This document shows, piece after piece, positions 63,622 through 64,000 of a stretch of 64,000 nucleotides of DNA. The notes beneath the pieces are model-generated. The model was not told the DNA's origin and searched no databases. It was given only the letters and a program-made list of their open reading frames with translations. The translations under genes were made by a program, and so were the position numbers. Position 1 is the stretch's first letter; the number at the start of each line of letters is the position of its first letter. The stretch covers positions 12,028,001 to 12,092,000 of the forward strand of contig CM119384.1 of the NCBI GenBank assembly GCA_051294905.1, read 5' to 3'. The stretch comes from Botryllus schlosseri (lineage: Eukaryota).

Positions 63622-63752
63622 TTGGGTCTCGACCATAAAAAGACCACTCCAAGTCTTTTCGACACCTTCCTATCTTTCATTGTAGGCCTATCGCAGTCTT
63701 GTGGTGTATTGAAACGATGACATTTTTAGCAATAAATTGAATTGAATTTGAA
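63622..63752 (+). mobile_element. Retroposon 3' tail fragment with (AATTG)n end
   Basis: AGACCACTCCAAGTCTTTTCGACACCTTCCTATCTTTCATTGT...TGTGGTGTATTGAA...AATAAA aligns to 19609-19700. Confidence 0.7.
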
Positions 63753-64000
63753 AAAAAAATATTGCCTTAGGAGCGCTTTCTTGCTCATTTGCGTTCGCCA
63801 CTTTATTCATTCGCCCTACACCGACCCTTCTCTTTAATTTTTTGTTGTAAAGGCGCTGTAAGAACGGCGACCTAATGTAAGAGGATCCCACACTCCGACA
63901 CTACGAAACGTGCTGCTGCCGCCAACTGACCGACCGGTAGTCAAACAAACAGCTACAGATTACATTTTTTTTTGCAAATCTGTAAGGTAAATTTTCGAAT

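Overview
This is eukaryotic, animal-like genomic DNA. It is AT-rich, CpG is not obviously depleted, and the introns are GT-AG spliceosomal; an invertebrate is likely, but the taxon cannot be fixed from sequence. Two spliced protein-coding genes could be reconstructed by hand, in convergent orientation. (1) An 8-exon OSTM1 homologue on + (1513-8156, 313 aa). (2) A 3-exon P-loop GTPase of IFI44-like type on - (18647-17097, 378 aa, no recognisable N-terminal TLDc domain). I recognise no intact gene in the remaining ~45 kb. The window is dense in non-autonomous transposons: about 17 hAT-type MITEs with 8-bp target-site duplications (many with the Buster-type NNNTANNN signature, several nested), one Buster transposase C-terminal remnant, a young TTAA/AGGGG Kolobok/T2-like foldback MITE, two older foldback elements, a tRNA-headed SINE and a retroposon 3' tail family. 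The least explained signals are a phase 1-1 exon-like segment resembling the His-side half of a chymotrypsin-fold protease (50868-51152, -), a 1.5-kb inverted repeat beside it, and a hairpin-masked cryptic splice acceptor in an OSTM1 intron. Family assignments come from recalled motifs, not database searches. I found no prokaryote-type system (CRISPR, operon, defence island) and cannot claim a demonstrably new biological system.
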